Positions 25,792 to 35,226 of a DNA stretch of 64,000 bases are shown here, piece after piece; within the stretch, counting starts at the first letter, position 1, and every line of letters begins with the position of its first letter. Both the position numbers and the translations under genes were made by a program. The notes under the pieces were generated by a model. The model saw only the letters and a list, made by a program, of their open reading frames with translations. It was not told the DNA's origin and made no database searches. Origin of the DNA: Myxococcales bacterium (GTDB lineage: Bacteria > Myxococcota_A > UBA9042 > JABWCM01 > BTVJ01); the NCBI GenBank assembly GCA_045863395.1, contig BTVJ01000041.1, positions 1 to 64,000 on the forward strand, in the 5' to 3' direction.

Positions 25792-26316
25792 TCAGAACAG
25801 CACCGAGAAGCCGAGCCCCCAGCGGAAGTCCACGTCCTCGGGCAGCACCCCCGCCTCGACCAGCACCGCGTCGGCCCCGAGGTAGGCGATGACCCCGGCG
25901 AAGGCCTCGAGACCGAAGTTGCGCGAGACCATGAACAGCGCCCCGCCGAGCCCGCCGACCGTGTAGAAGACGTAGTCCTCGTCGAGGCGGTCCCCCCGGT
26001 AGCCCAGCCAGACGACGCCGCCGTTGGCCTCGATGAAGGGCGACACCGGCCCGCTCAGCAGGTCCAGGATGTAGTACCGCAGCGACAGCTCGGTGAACAG
26101 CCGGTGGGCGTCGGCCACGTCGCTGCCCTGCCACGTGTAGGTGAGCGCGATCCCCGGACGGAGCTGGTCGATGACGAAGTACCCGAACCCAGCGCCCACG
26201 GAGACCGTCCGGGGGCCGCCCGATGCTCCGAGGCCCACGCTCATGCGCCCCTGGGACAGGGGGCCCGCGGTGGCCATGGCTGGGAGGAGGAGCAGCAGCA
26301 GGGTCGCCCGGCTCAT
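25792..26316 (-). CDS. Small outer-membrane beta-barrel protein
   Basis: Signal peptide, alternating beta strands (GAGFGYFV, LSLRYY, SPFIEANGG), C-terminal Phe. Confidence 0.75.
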   Translation of the reverse strand: MSRATLLLLLLPAMATAGPLSQGRMSVGLGASGGPRTVSVGAGFGYFVIDQLRPGIALTYTWQGSDVADAHRLFTELSLRYYILDLLSGPVSPFIEANGGVVWLGYRGDRLDEDYVFYTVGGLGGALFMVSRNFGLEAFAGVIAYLGADAVLVEAGVLPEDVDFRWGLGFSVLF

Positions 26317-28007
26317 GGCAAGGCTCCGCACGTGGCAGAGATACGCGGCGCGGCGGGATCCAGGAGGGACGCCGGGTCGAAGCAGGTGGTGGGCTGGCGC
26401 AGGTGGACCTCCAGGAGCTCCCGGAGCATGGCCCCCTCCTCGACGACCCGCGCCCCGGAGAGGGGCGGCCCCATGTGGTCACCGCCGCTCATCAAGAAGT
26501 CGGCGACGACCACGCGGTAGAGGCGGGCAGGGTCCAAAGGGGCGCCGCCCACGGTGACGTCGCACAGGCGGTCGGTCTCCCAGTCGGCGACCACCCCATC
26601 GCCATCGATGTCCGAGCCGCCGGAGCGACCCGGGTCGTAGGAGTAACGGGCGCCCGACACCTGGAGGACCCCGTGCGCCCCCGACGTCCCGATGCGCAAC
26701 ATCAGGGCGAGCTTCTCGCCGCTCATCTCCACGAGCACGGCGCGGTTGTCGAAGGGCATCACGTCGTGGACGTGGCTGCGCCGGATGATCCCGGAAGGGA
26801 TATCTGCGCGCAGCCCCCCCGAGTTCTGGACGGCGACGTCGGCGTCTGGGAAGGCTCCCCGCAGGGCGTCCGCCATCAGGTCCCCGACGGCTGACTCCCC
26901 GGTCCGGTTGCGGACCAGGGGCGCCGTCGCGCAGGCCACCTGGTCGCACAGGCTCCCTGCGGTGCTCTCCAGGCGTCGGATCAACGCCAGGGCGTCCGCC
27001 GAGGGTGTCACGGGTCGCCCGCCGACCTGGCGCGCGGCGAGGGGGAAGTCGCCGCCGTCGCAGCCCGGATCCACGCGGTCATGCGTGAGGATCCAGGGCG
27101 GCTCGATGCGGGAGCGTTCCGGGTCCACTCCGCTCTTGCCCAGCACGAGGTCCACCCGCACCAGCGCCCTGCCCTGCGCCCACGCCTGCGCGACGAAGGT
27201 TCGCCCGACGCGGGTCGCCATGAGGGTGTGGGCGTGGCCCGAGACGATGACGTCGATGGTCCCCTCGGGCAGCTCACGCAGCAGCCGCCCGATCTCGCCG
27301 TCGGGGACGCACGGCGCGCCTGAGGCGTGGCACTCCCCGGTCAGGTGGCCGATGACCACGAGCACCTCGGCGCCCGCGGCGCGCACCTCGGGAGCGAGGC
27401 GCCGAACGGTGTCCACCGGGTCGGCGAACCGGAGTCCAGCTACGAGCTCGGGGCGCGTGGTCGTCGGTGTCTCCGTGGTGGACAGGCCGATGAGGCCCAC
27501 CTTGACGCCGCCACGCTCGATGAGGGCCCACGGGCGCACCCCCTCGGGCTGCCAGCGGGCGCCCGCGTCGTCGTGAACGTTGGCCGTCAGCCAGAGGAAG
27601 CGCGCATCCCTGGCCGCGGCCTCCAGCGCGCCACGCAGGGGGTGTCCTCCCTCGACGCCGCCGTAGTCGAACTCGTGGTTGCCGATGGCGGAGGCGTCCA
27701 CGCCGAGCAGCTCAAGCGCCTCGACGGCTCCCCGCCCCCGCGTGGCGTTGACGGGCCAGGACCCCTGGAACGAGTCGCCCCCGTCCAGCAGGACGAGGTC
27801 CGGCGCCTCTTGTCGCAGCACCGTGATCGCACCGGCGAGCCACGGCAGCCCGCCATAGGCACGCAATGGGTCCTTGGGATCCGCCAGCTCGTACAGGGCG
27901 CCGTGGAAGTCGTTCATCGTGACGAGGGTCAGCCGCCGCTCGGCGGCCTGCGTGCTACCGCAGCCAGCGAGCGCCAGGACAAACAGCACCCACACGCGAC
28001 GTCTCAT
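26313..28007 (-). CDS. 5'-nucleotidase/UDP-sugar hydrolase family metallophosphoesterase (lipoprotein)
   Basis: LAGC lipobox; NDFHG, LDGGDSFQGS, GNHEFDYG, SGHAH, NSGGLRAD, MPFDN. Confidence 0.95.
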   Translation of the reverse strand: MRRRVWVLFVLALAGCGSTQAAERRLTLVTMNDFHGALYELADPKDPLRAYGGLPWLAGAITVLRQEAPDLVLLDGGDSFQGSWPVNATRGRGAVEALELLGVDASAIGNHEFDYGGVEGGHPLRGALEAAARDARFLWLTANVHDDAGARWQPEGVRPWALIERGGVKVGLIGLSTTETPTTTRPELVAGLRFADPVDTVRRLAPEVRAAGAEVLVVIGHLTGECHASGAPCVPDGEIGRLLRELPEGTIDVIVSGHAHTLMATRVGRTFVAQAWAQGRALVRVDLVLGKSGVDPERSRIEPPWILTHDRVDPGCDGGDFPLAARQVGGRPVTPSADALALIRRLESTAGSLCDQVACATAPLVRNRTGESAVGDLMADALRGAFPDADVAVQNSGGLRADIPSGIIRRSHVHDVMPFDNRAVLVEMSGEKLALMLRIGTSGAHGVLQVSGARYSYDPGRSGGSDIDGDGVVADWETDRLCDVTVGGAPLDPARLYRVVVADFLMSGGDHMGPPLSGARVVEEGAMLRELLEVHLRQPTTCFDPASLLDPAAPRISATCGALP

Positions 28008-28345
28008 GCTTCCTCCATCCGAGAGCAGAACGAACGTACCACGGGCGGCCACCACCCTCCAGCGGCGCAGTGCCATCCGAGGTCCCACGGCCAGAGGCGC
28101 CCGCACGCCCTCGCTGTAACCGCCACGCTCCATTCCAAAGGTGCTCCATGAAAGATCTTTCCTCCTGCGGGGGGCCACAGACCCGACCCCGCGTCGAGTC
28201 CATGCCCACGATGCAGCGGGCAGGCCGCCCCCAGAATGTTGACGCCCACGGCCAAGGCACTGTAACTTGGCCCCGACAACGACGTGAGCCAGTGCAACCG
28301 TTCGTGGGCGGCCGAGCCAACGGGGCCGCCCAAGGTGGCCTCTGT

Positions 28346-29584
28346 ATGGACCGGGTGCTGCGCGATTCCCTGGACGAGCTTCGCATCGCCCTGCCACCCC
28401 CGGCGCGAATCCTGCTGGTAGACGACGAGGTCGAGAACCTGGCGGTCCTGGAGACCCTCCTCGAGGACGACTGGGACGTGCAGACCGCCGGGGGGGGGGC
28501 TGAGGCGCTCGCGCTCCTCGAGGGGGGCGACGTCGACCTGGTCATCAGCGACCAGCGCATGCCCGAGATGACGGGCGTCGAGCTGCTGGCGCGCATCGCG
28601 GTCCGCTCTCCCGACACCATCCGCATCGTCCTGACGGGCTACACCGACGCCGAGCCCATGGTGCGGGCCATCAACGAGGGGGCGATCCACCGGTTCCTTC
28701 TCAAGCCGTGGGACCGCGACGAGATGCTCGCCGCGGTGCGGGAGTCCTTGGAGGTGCGCGCGACCCAGCTCGCCCTCCAGGCGGTGATCCGAGAGCGGAC
28801 GCGGCGAAACGACGCTCTGCGAGAGACGCTGGACCAGCTCCGCCACACCGAGGACCAGATCGTCGCCGCTGAGCGCTTGAGCACGCTGGGCCGCCTGACC
28901 GCAGGCATCGCCCACGACATCCGCAACCAGGCCCACGTCATGCTGCTCCTGGTCGACACCGTGAAGATGGAGTCGGCGGATCCCGCGGTCCACGCGGCAG
29001 CGGAGCTCGCGAGGACCTCGCTGAAAGCGCTCGTGGACCTCGTGCAGGACGTCAACAGCTTCGCGGGCGCGCACGCGCGCACCCTGCACCGCGTCCCGGT
29101 CCCCACCCGGGACCTCCTGACGGACGCCGCGTCGCTGTTCGCCCTGGAGCCCGGAGGCAAGGGGCGTGCGATCAGCGTGGACGTCGAGCTCGGCGCCGAC
29201 TCCATGGACGTCTCGGTCCAGTCCATGCGCCAGGCCCTCGTGTCCCTCATGCGCAACGGCGCCGCGGCCAGCGCTGATGGCGCGCCGCTGCTGCTCAGGG
29301 CACGTACGGTGGGTGACGACCGGCTGTCCCTCGAGGTGGTCGACCAGGGCTGCGGCATGACGCCCCACGAGCTGAAGCGAGCCGTGGAGCCGTTCTTCAG
29401 CGGCTTCGACCCCCCGGGGCTCGGCCTGGGCCTGGAGATCGTCCGGCTCGTCGCCGAGGCCCACGACGGCCACCTGGTGCTCGAGAGCACGCCAGGTCAG
29501 GGGACCATGGCGAGCATGGTGATGGGGCGCCGCGCGCCCATCATCGCGGTCCACACCGAGGAGGTGCCCCTTGGAGGTCGTTGA
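28346..29584 (+). CDS. Hybrid response regulator-histidine kinase (REC-HisKA-HATPase), PhcR/PhcQ-like architecture
   Basis: ILLVDDE, ISDQRMPEMTG, LTGYTD, KPW; AGIAHDIRN H-box; DQGCGM, PFFS, GLGLGL. Confidence 0.92.
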   Translation: MDRVLRDSLDELRIALPPPARILLVDDEVENLAVLETLLEDDWDVQTAGGGAEALALLEGGDVDLVISDQRMPEMTGVELLARIAVRSPDTIRIVLTGYTDAEPMVRAINEGAIHRFLLKPWDRDEMLAAVRESLEVRATQLALQAVIRERTRRNDALRETLDQLRHTEDQIVAAERLSTLGRLTAGIAHDIRNQAHVMLLLVDTVKMESADPAVHAAAELARTSLKALVDLVQDVNSFAGAHARTLHRVPVPTRDLLTDAASLFALEPGGKGRAISVDVELGADSMDVSVQSMRQALVSLMRNGAAASADGAPLLLRARTVGDDRLSLEVVDQGCGMTPHELKRAVEPFFSGFDPPGLGLGLEIVRLVAEAHDGHLVLESTPGQGTMASMVMGRRAPIIAVHTEEVPLGGR

Positions 29585-30713
29585 GACGATGCACGGGGCC
29601 CCTGCGTTGGCGGTGTGGGTCACATCCCACGCCACATCGGCTCTGCTCACCCCCCTCCGACAGGTGCTGGGGAGGGACACCGCTCTGGGCCCGCCCTGGC
29701 CGGAGGTGGGCCCGGCGATCCCCATCCTGGTCCCATCGGACCTTGCCCCCGGCGCGCGGGAGGCCACCCTCTCCCTCTGCGCGCGGGCGACCCCGGGCCG
29801 CGGCGTGCTGGTGGGGGGGACCCGCAACAAGGACGTCCTCCTCGACGCCATCAACCAAGCGCACGTGTTCCGGGCGCTCCCCGACGGGACGGCCCCCGAG
29901 ATTGTCGCCGAGGCGGCGCGCCAGGCCCACGGCCACATGAGCGCGGTGATGGCCCTGGCGCGCGAGTCCGTGTCGTTGCGCCGCGAGACCCAGGAGCTCG
30001 ACGACGCCCTGGCGGACCTCCGCCGCGCCCGCGCGCGGTTGCTCCACACGGAGCGCCTCTCCACCCTCGGGCGCATCACGGGCGGCCTGATCGAGAGCGC
30101 CCGCCAGCACCAGCAGGCGCTCGACGACTTCCGCTCGGTGGTGGAGCAGCGCACCAACGACCCGGAGCTGATGCAGCTCCTCACCTTCGCCACCGAGGGC
30201 ACGCGCAGCATCGCAACGCTCCTCGACGAGATCCAGGCCTACGCCCAGGAGCGCGCCCTCACCTACACCATGCAGGACGAGAGCCTCGACGACCTGGTCC
30301 GCCACGCGGCGGCCTTCGTGCGCTTCGACACCCTGGCGAAGCAGCGGATCCTGAGCGTCGAGGCCAACTCGGGCACCACCGTCAGGGCCAACCGCTACCG
30401 CATCTACCAGGTGCTCCTGAACCTCCTCCGCAACGCCCTCCAGGCCACCGACCAGAACGACACGGTGTCGGTCAAGACGTGGCGAGAGGGTGACAAGGCA
30501 TGGATCGAGGTGGCGGACACGGGCTGCGGCATGCCCCCCGAGGTCAAGGAGCGGATCTTCGACCCCTTCTTCACCACCAAGTTCGACAAGGGCCTGGGCC
30601 TCGGACTCCGGATCACGTTGTCGACGGTCCAGCACCACGGCGGCACCATCGACTGCCGCAGCCAGGTCGGCGAGGGGACGGCTTTTCGGATTGGGTTGCC
30701 GTGTGTGGGCTGA
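29571..30713 (+). CDS. Degenerate REC plus histidine-kinase-like protein lacking the H-box His (start TTG 29571 or ATG 29589)
   Basis: ERLSTLGRITGGLIES replaces AGIAH; intact QVLLNLLRNA, DTGCGM, FDPFFTTK, GLGLGL. Confidence 0.85.
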   Translation: MEVVETMHGAPALAVWVTSHATSALLTPLRQVLGRDTALGPPWPEVGPAIPILVPSDLAPGAREATLSLCARATPGRGVLVGGTRNKDVLLDAINQAHVFRALPDGTAPEIVAEAARQAHGHMSAVMALARESVSLRRETQELDDALADLRRARARLLHTERLSTLGRITGGLIESARQHQQALDDFRSVVEQRTNDPELMQLLTFATEGTRSIATLLDEIQAYAQERALTYTMQDESLDDLVRHAAAFVRFDTLAKQRILSVEANSGTTVRANRYRIYQVLLNLLRNALQATDQNDTVSVKTWREGDKAWIEVADTGCGMPPEVKERIFDPFFTTKFDKGLGLGLRITLSTVQHHGGTIDCRSQVGEGTAFRIGLPCVG

Positions 30714-30911
30714 CGCAACTGGGCGGGCTTGGATCGAGAGCCCCGCTCACTGCGCGTAACCGTTCTGGGCCAATTGAGCCAGTTTGCAGGTTACGAGCCG
30801 GAGTATAGTTGCTAGATCTGGTAACCGGCGGGCAGCGCCCGTGAACTTCGTCAACCAAGCGCGCGCGGGCCGTTAGGGGCTTGCCGGCACCAGGCTAAGG
30901 AGGATGTGGCC

Positions 30912-32501
30912 ATGGCAGATGACACCGAGGACGGACTCGGAACTTCGGTGGACACCGACAGGCCAAGCCCAGACCACCACCTTCTCCAGAACGAACCCAA
31001 GGACCCTGGGCAGGGGCGCTCGTATGAGGACCTGAGCGGTGGTCTTGGGCACGACATCTTCTTCCGCCCACCGCGCTACACCTCAATGGACCTGACAGGC
31101 GGCGCCCACAACGTCTTGCTTGGCTCGGAGCCACACCACGAAATTTGTGAACTCCACGACGTCTCACAGAACGGAGTCGCGTGGTACTGGCCTCACCATG
31201 ATCCGCCACAGCAAGGCGAGGTCCTGCAACGACTGCGCGTGATTCTGGACAGGCACGACGCCTATGACGGCCAGGCCCGCATCGTCTCGGTGCGTCAAGA
31301 GGAGTCGAGACTTCTGGTGGGCGCGATGTTCCTCGACTCGTTGATGGACATCGGGGATGTTCTGCAAGCCCGACAGCTCAGGACCAGGACCACTGTCAGC
31401 GACCACCCGCTCTGGCCGCTGACCCGACGCGTCTCGACCACCGGAAATCCCCAGTTCAAGGCTCTGGTGTCCGAGCTGCGACTGTTCTTCGAGGAGGCGT
31501 CAAATGACCTGGCGCGGTTGGAGTCGACCGTGCCATGGTCAGCGCTCCATGGTGAGACCCTGTCGGCCACCCGCGCTGCACTCATTGAGCTGATGCAACG
31601 CGAGTTCGTTCCCGGATTCGTGCGCTACTCGGAGGAGATTGACCGGGCCATTCGCCGCTCCGATTCAGCAGAGAACCTTGTCTTGAAGGACTACTCGCTG
31701 AGGATGCTCCAGGACTTCATGATGAGAGCTCCATTCCTTCACCGCACGCGCTGGAAGCCCCTCGGCTACCCTGGTGACTATGTGGTGATGCGATACATCT
31801 ACGAGAACAGCTTCGAGGGCCAGACGCTCTTCGGAAAGTCACTCCACCTGGCAGTGTGCGAGACGCGGGGCGCCAGGGCTGTCTGGGAGCGGAAGGAGCT
31901 CGTCAAGCGACGCATGCGGGACTTGCTCAAGGCCTACCCCTGCGCTGGGCGCCCTCTCCGCGTCGCCTCCATTGCTGCCGGACCGGCCCAGGAGATCTTC
32001 GAACTGCTCAGAGACACGGCGCCCGAGGGGCAGCACATGGAGATCGTGCTCTTCGACCAGGACGTCCAGGCACTGTCCTTCGCCCAGAGCCGCGTCCAAC
32101 CACAAGTCGAGGCCCGATGGAAGCCATGGTGCAAGGTGACCTACCTGCATGACTCCATCAAGCGCTTGCTACACGACCCAACACTGTTCAACGGCTTCGG
32201 CCCCTTCGATCTGATCTTTTGCACCGGGCTGTTCGACTATCTGAAGGTTCCAACAGCCGCACGCCTGACACAGACCTTCTGGACCAATCTTGCAGAGGGC
32301 GGCAGCGCCTACATCGGCAATATGCACCCATCCAATCCGTGCCGCTGGTTCCTTGAGCACCACCTGGAGTGGGTTCTCACCTACCGAACCCACGACGAGA
32401 TGCTGGAGTTCGGTCACCTGGGCGCACCTCAGGCCCAGCTCTCAATCGTCGAGGAGCCCACGGGCGTCAATCCCTTCCTCCTGGTGCAGAAGGTCCACTG
32501 A
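30912..32501 (+). CDS. phcB: PhcB-like class I SAM-dependent methyltransferase (fatty-acid methyl ester signal synthase family) with an N-terminal PilZ-like domain
   Basis: APFLHRT.WKPLGYPGDY..M..IY....EG.TLFGK, VASIAAGPAQE, LFDQD..AL, FDLIFCTGLFDYL, L..GG...IGN, LEW.L.YR recall the PhcB family; translationally coupled to a PhcS-like sensor. Confidence 0.72.
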   Translation: MADDTEDGLGTSVDTDRPSPDHHLLQNEPKDPGQGRSYEDLSGGLGHDIFFRPPRYTSMDLTGGAHNVLLGSEPHHEICELHDVSQNGVAWYWPHHDPPQQGEVLQRLRVILDRHDAYDGQARIVSVRQEESRLLVGAMFLDSLMDIGDVLQARQLRTRTTVSDHPLWPLTRRVSTTGNPQFKALVSELRLFFEEASNDLARLESTVPWSALHGETLSATRAALIELMQREFVPGFVRYSEEIDRAIRRSDSAENLVLKDYSLRMLQDFMMRAPFLHRTRWKPLGYPGDYVVMRYIYENSFEGQTLFGKSLHLAVCETRGARAVWERKELVKRRMRDLLKAYPCAGRPLRVASIAAGPAQEIFELLRDTAPEGQHMEIVLFDQDVQALSFAQSRVQPQVEARWKPWCKVTYLHDSIKRLLHDPTLFNGFGPFDLIFCTGLFDYLKVPTAARLTQTFWTNLAEGGSAYIGNMHPSNPCRWFLEHHLEWVLTYRTHDEMLEFGHLGAPQAQLSIVEEPTGVNPFLLVQKVH

Positions 32502-35131
32502 TGACTGTGGTCGAGCGGGAGATCGAGGCCCGGTGGGCTGACTGGCTAGTCTCCCGCAACCGCCGTGGGGCGCGAATCGTCCTGTGGCTCGTGGCAATCT
32601 TCTACCCGTTCTTTGGCGTGCTGGACTGGTTGGTGGCGCCACCCGACATGCTGCCACTGCTCTACTCCTCACGGGCGGCCGTCACGGCAATCACCATTGC
32701 CATGTTCTGGGTTGTGCGCTCTGACCTCTTCGAGCGTCGATCAGACATGGTCACAGCGTTTTATGCGCTGGTGCTCGCCGCGGGTATCGCGGTCATGGTC
32801 TTTGCCCTTGGAGGGTATCAGTCCCCATACTACGCGGGGCTCAGCCTCGTGATCGTAACGACGGGCCTGCTCTTCCTCTGGCCAGCTCGCGTCGCTGCCG
32901 TCACCCACGCTACCGTGGTCCTGTGCTACCTCGTCCCCAACGCCTTCACCGCCACGACCGACCAGCTCCTCTCCGCCGTTACGAGCTTCTTCTTCCTCGC
33001 GACAACCGCGGTGATCGTTGTCGCCGCCCAGATCCTGATGTACCGAAGTCAGCACGAGCAGGTCACGGGGAAGCTCATGCTGGAGAGGATCACGGCCGAG
33101 CGCGAGGAGGCTCTCGCGCGGCTCCAGGAGCTGGACCGAGCGAAGAGCATGTTCTTCAGCAACATCACGCACGAGTTGCGGACTCCGCTGACCATGATCC
33201 TGTCGCCACTGGAGAGCATGCTCTCTGGCGACCTGGGGAGTTTCCGGAGCGAGCAGAAGCTCTACCTGCGGAACGTGTGGCGCAACGCCCTGAAGCTGTT
33301 GAAGCTCATCAACGACCTTCTGGACATGGCCAAGATCGAGGAGCGATTCCTGAAGCTCAGCGTGGCGCGCGGCTCCCTGGTCCCCTTGCTGGAGGAGATC
33401 GTCGAGCACGCGCAGCCACTCGCCGCGCGCAAGGACATCGCGCTCATCCTCGAGGTGCGTCACGACAGCCAGGACCTGTGGACCGACCTGGAGCGCATGG
33501 AGCGAGTGTTCATCAATCTGCTCTCGAACGCGCTGAAGTTCACCGAGGCCAACGGCCGTGTGTCCATCGTGTTGGATCGAGGCGAGGGGGGGGAGGTCAC
33601 GGTCGCGTTCAGCGACTCGGGAATCGGAATCGCACCCGACAAGCTCGGCAAGGTGTTCGAGCGGTTCAGCCAGGCGGACGAGTCGACGACCCGGCGCTTC
33701 GGGGGGACGGGAATCGGCCTCGCGCTCGTGAAGGAGCTCGTCGAGCTGCACGGCGGCACCATCGACGTCGAGAGCGCGGTTGGTCGAGGATCTACCTTCA
33801 CCGTGCGCCTCCGCGAAGGGCGCGAGCATCTGGGAGACGCGGTCACGGAAGCGACCCTCTCCGGCGACGCCCGGGACTTCGGCGCCCAGATTCGGGAGGG
33901 CCGCCAGTACCGATTCCAAGACATCGAGGAGGCCACGGAGCGCCGCATCGCAGAGCGCGGCGACGACTCGACCAAGTCGACCAAGGTCCTGGTGGTCGAG
34001 GATACCGTGGAGCTGCTGCGCTTCATCCACATTCAGCTTCAGGAGGAGCACGCCGTCTACCTGGCGCTCAACGGGAAGCTGGGGCTGGAGCTGGCTAAAC
34101 GAGAGATGCCGGATCTGATCGTGACGGACTACATGATGCCGGAGATGGACGGGGTCGCAATGATCACGGCCCTACGGCAGGACCCGAAGACTGCGGAGAT
34201 CCCCATCGTGATGCTGACGGCGAAGAACGCCGTGGAGGACCGGCTCGCTGCGCACGGGGCCGGGGCGGACGTGTATCTGAACAAGCCGTTCAGCCCGCGG
34301 GAGCTGCGGGCCGTGATCGCGCAGCTCCTGGGGAAGCGGGGGCGACAGGCGACCACGGTCATGAAGGCGCAGGCGCGGAGCCTGGAGATCATCAGCGCCG
34401 GGCTCGCCCACGAGCTGCACAACCCGCTGTCCTACCTGAAGAACGCGGTGCTCACGACGGCGGAGAGCGCCGGACGGCTGCTCGGGATCATGCGGGACGA
34501 GACGCTGAGCCCGGCGGAGCGAGACAAGGCGCTGCAGAAGGCCAACCAGAAGATCGAGCGCATGTTGCCCGTGGCCGAGAAGGGGATTCAGCGCATCGAG
34601 TCCGTGGTGGCTCTCGTGCGGCGCTATGCCCGCGAGGGGTATCCAGAGGAGCCCACCGAGACTCCGCTGGATCGCGCGGTCTCCGACGTGGTGGAGCTGA
34701 TCGCCCCGAAGAGCGACAAGTCGGTTTCGCTGACGACGAACCTCGGGTGCGGCGACGCCGCCGTGCTGGTCATCCCGGAGGAGCTGCACCAGACGATCCG
34801 CAACCTGGTCCAGAACGCCATCGACGCCGTCGGGGACGGCGGCTCAGTGCGCCTGAGCACCCGCACGGCGGATGGCGGGAAGGTCGCGGTGATTGAGGTG
34901 GCCGACGACGGGCCGGGCATCCCGAAGGACGTCATGCCGCGCATCTTCACGCCCTTCTTCAGCACCAAGGGGCCGGGCAAGGGCATGGGCGTCGGTCTCT
35001 CCATCGCGCTCCAGGTCGTCGAGCAGGCGGGCGGCACCATAGACGTGCGAAACGCCGCGGAGGGGGGGGCGGTGTTCACGGTGCGGATTCCTACCATCCA
35101 GGTGGCGGCGCAGGTCGCGCTGGCGGGGTGA
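32501..35131 (+). CDS. Membrane hybrid sensor kinase (about 6 TM-HisKA-HATPase-REC-HisKA-HATPase), resembling a PhcS+PhcR fusion
   Basis: TM region with FGVLDW and SPYYAGLSLV; NITHELRTPL, NLLSNALKFT, GGTGIGL; VLVVED...TDYMMPEMDG...KPF; second AGLAHELHNPL...PFFSTK..GKGMGVGL. TGATG overlap. Confidence 0.92.
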   Translation: MTVVEREIEARWADWLVSRNRRGARIVLWLVAIFYPFFGVLDWLVAPPDMLPLLYSSRAAVTAITIAMFWVVRSDLFERRSDMVTAFYALVLAAGIAVMVFALGGYQSPYYAGLSLVIVTTGLLFLWPARVAAVTHATVVLCYLVPNAFTATTDQLLSAVTSFFFLATTAVIVVAAQILMYRSQHEQVTGKLMLERITAEREEALARLQELDRAKSMFFSNITHELRTPLTMILSPLESMLSGDLGSFRSEQKLYLRNVWRNALKLLKLINDLLDMAKIEERFLKLSVARGSLVPLLEEIVEHAQPLAARKDIALILEVRHDSQDLWTDLERMERVFINLLSNALKFTEANGRVSIVLDRGEGGEVTVAFSDSGIGIAPDKLGKVFERFSQADESTTRRFGGTGIGLALVKELVELHGGTIDVESAVGRGSTFTVRLREGREHLGDAVTEATLSGDARDFGAQIREGRQYRFQDIEEATERRIAERGDDSTKSTKVLVVEDTVELLRFIHIQLQEEHAVYLALNGKLGLELAKREMPDLIVTDYMMPEMDGVAMITALRQDPKTAEIPIVMLTAKNAVEDRLAAHGAGADVYLNKPFSPRELRAVIAQLLGKRGRQATTVMKAQARSLEIISAGLAHELHNPLSYLKNAVLTTAESAGRLLGIMRDETLSPAERDKALQKANQKIERMLPVAEKGIQRIESVVALVRRYAREGYPEEPTETPLDRAVSDVVELIAPKSDKSVSLTTNLGCGDAAVLVIPEELHQTIRNLVQNAIDAVGDGGSVRLSTRTADGGKVAVIEVADDGPGIPKDVMPRIFTPFFSTKGPGKGMGVGLSIALQVVEQAGGTIDVRNAAEGGAVFTVRIPTIQVAAQVALAG

Positions 35132-35226
35132 GCCGGGGGGGGCGGTTGGCGGTTTGCACGGGAGCGGTCGGTTGAGAAGCTGTCTGGCCACGAGAGGTGG
35201 AGGACGCGAGCCCTGAGCAGGGTGGG

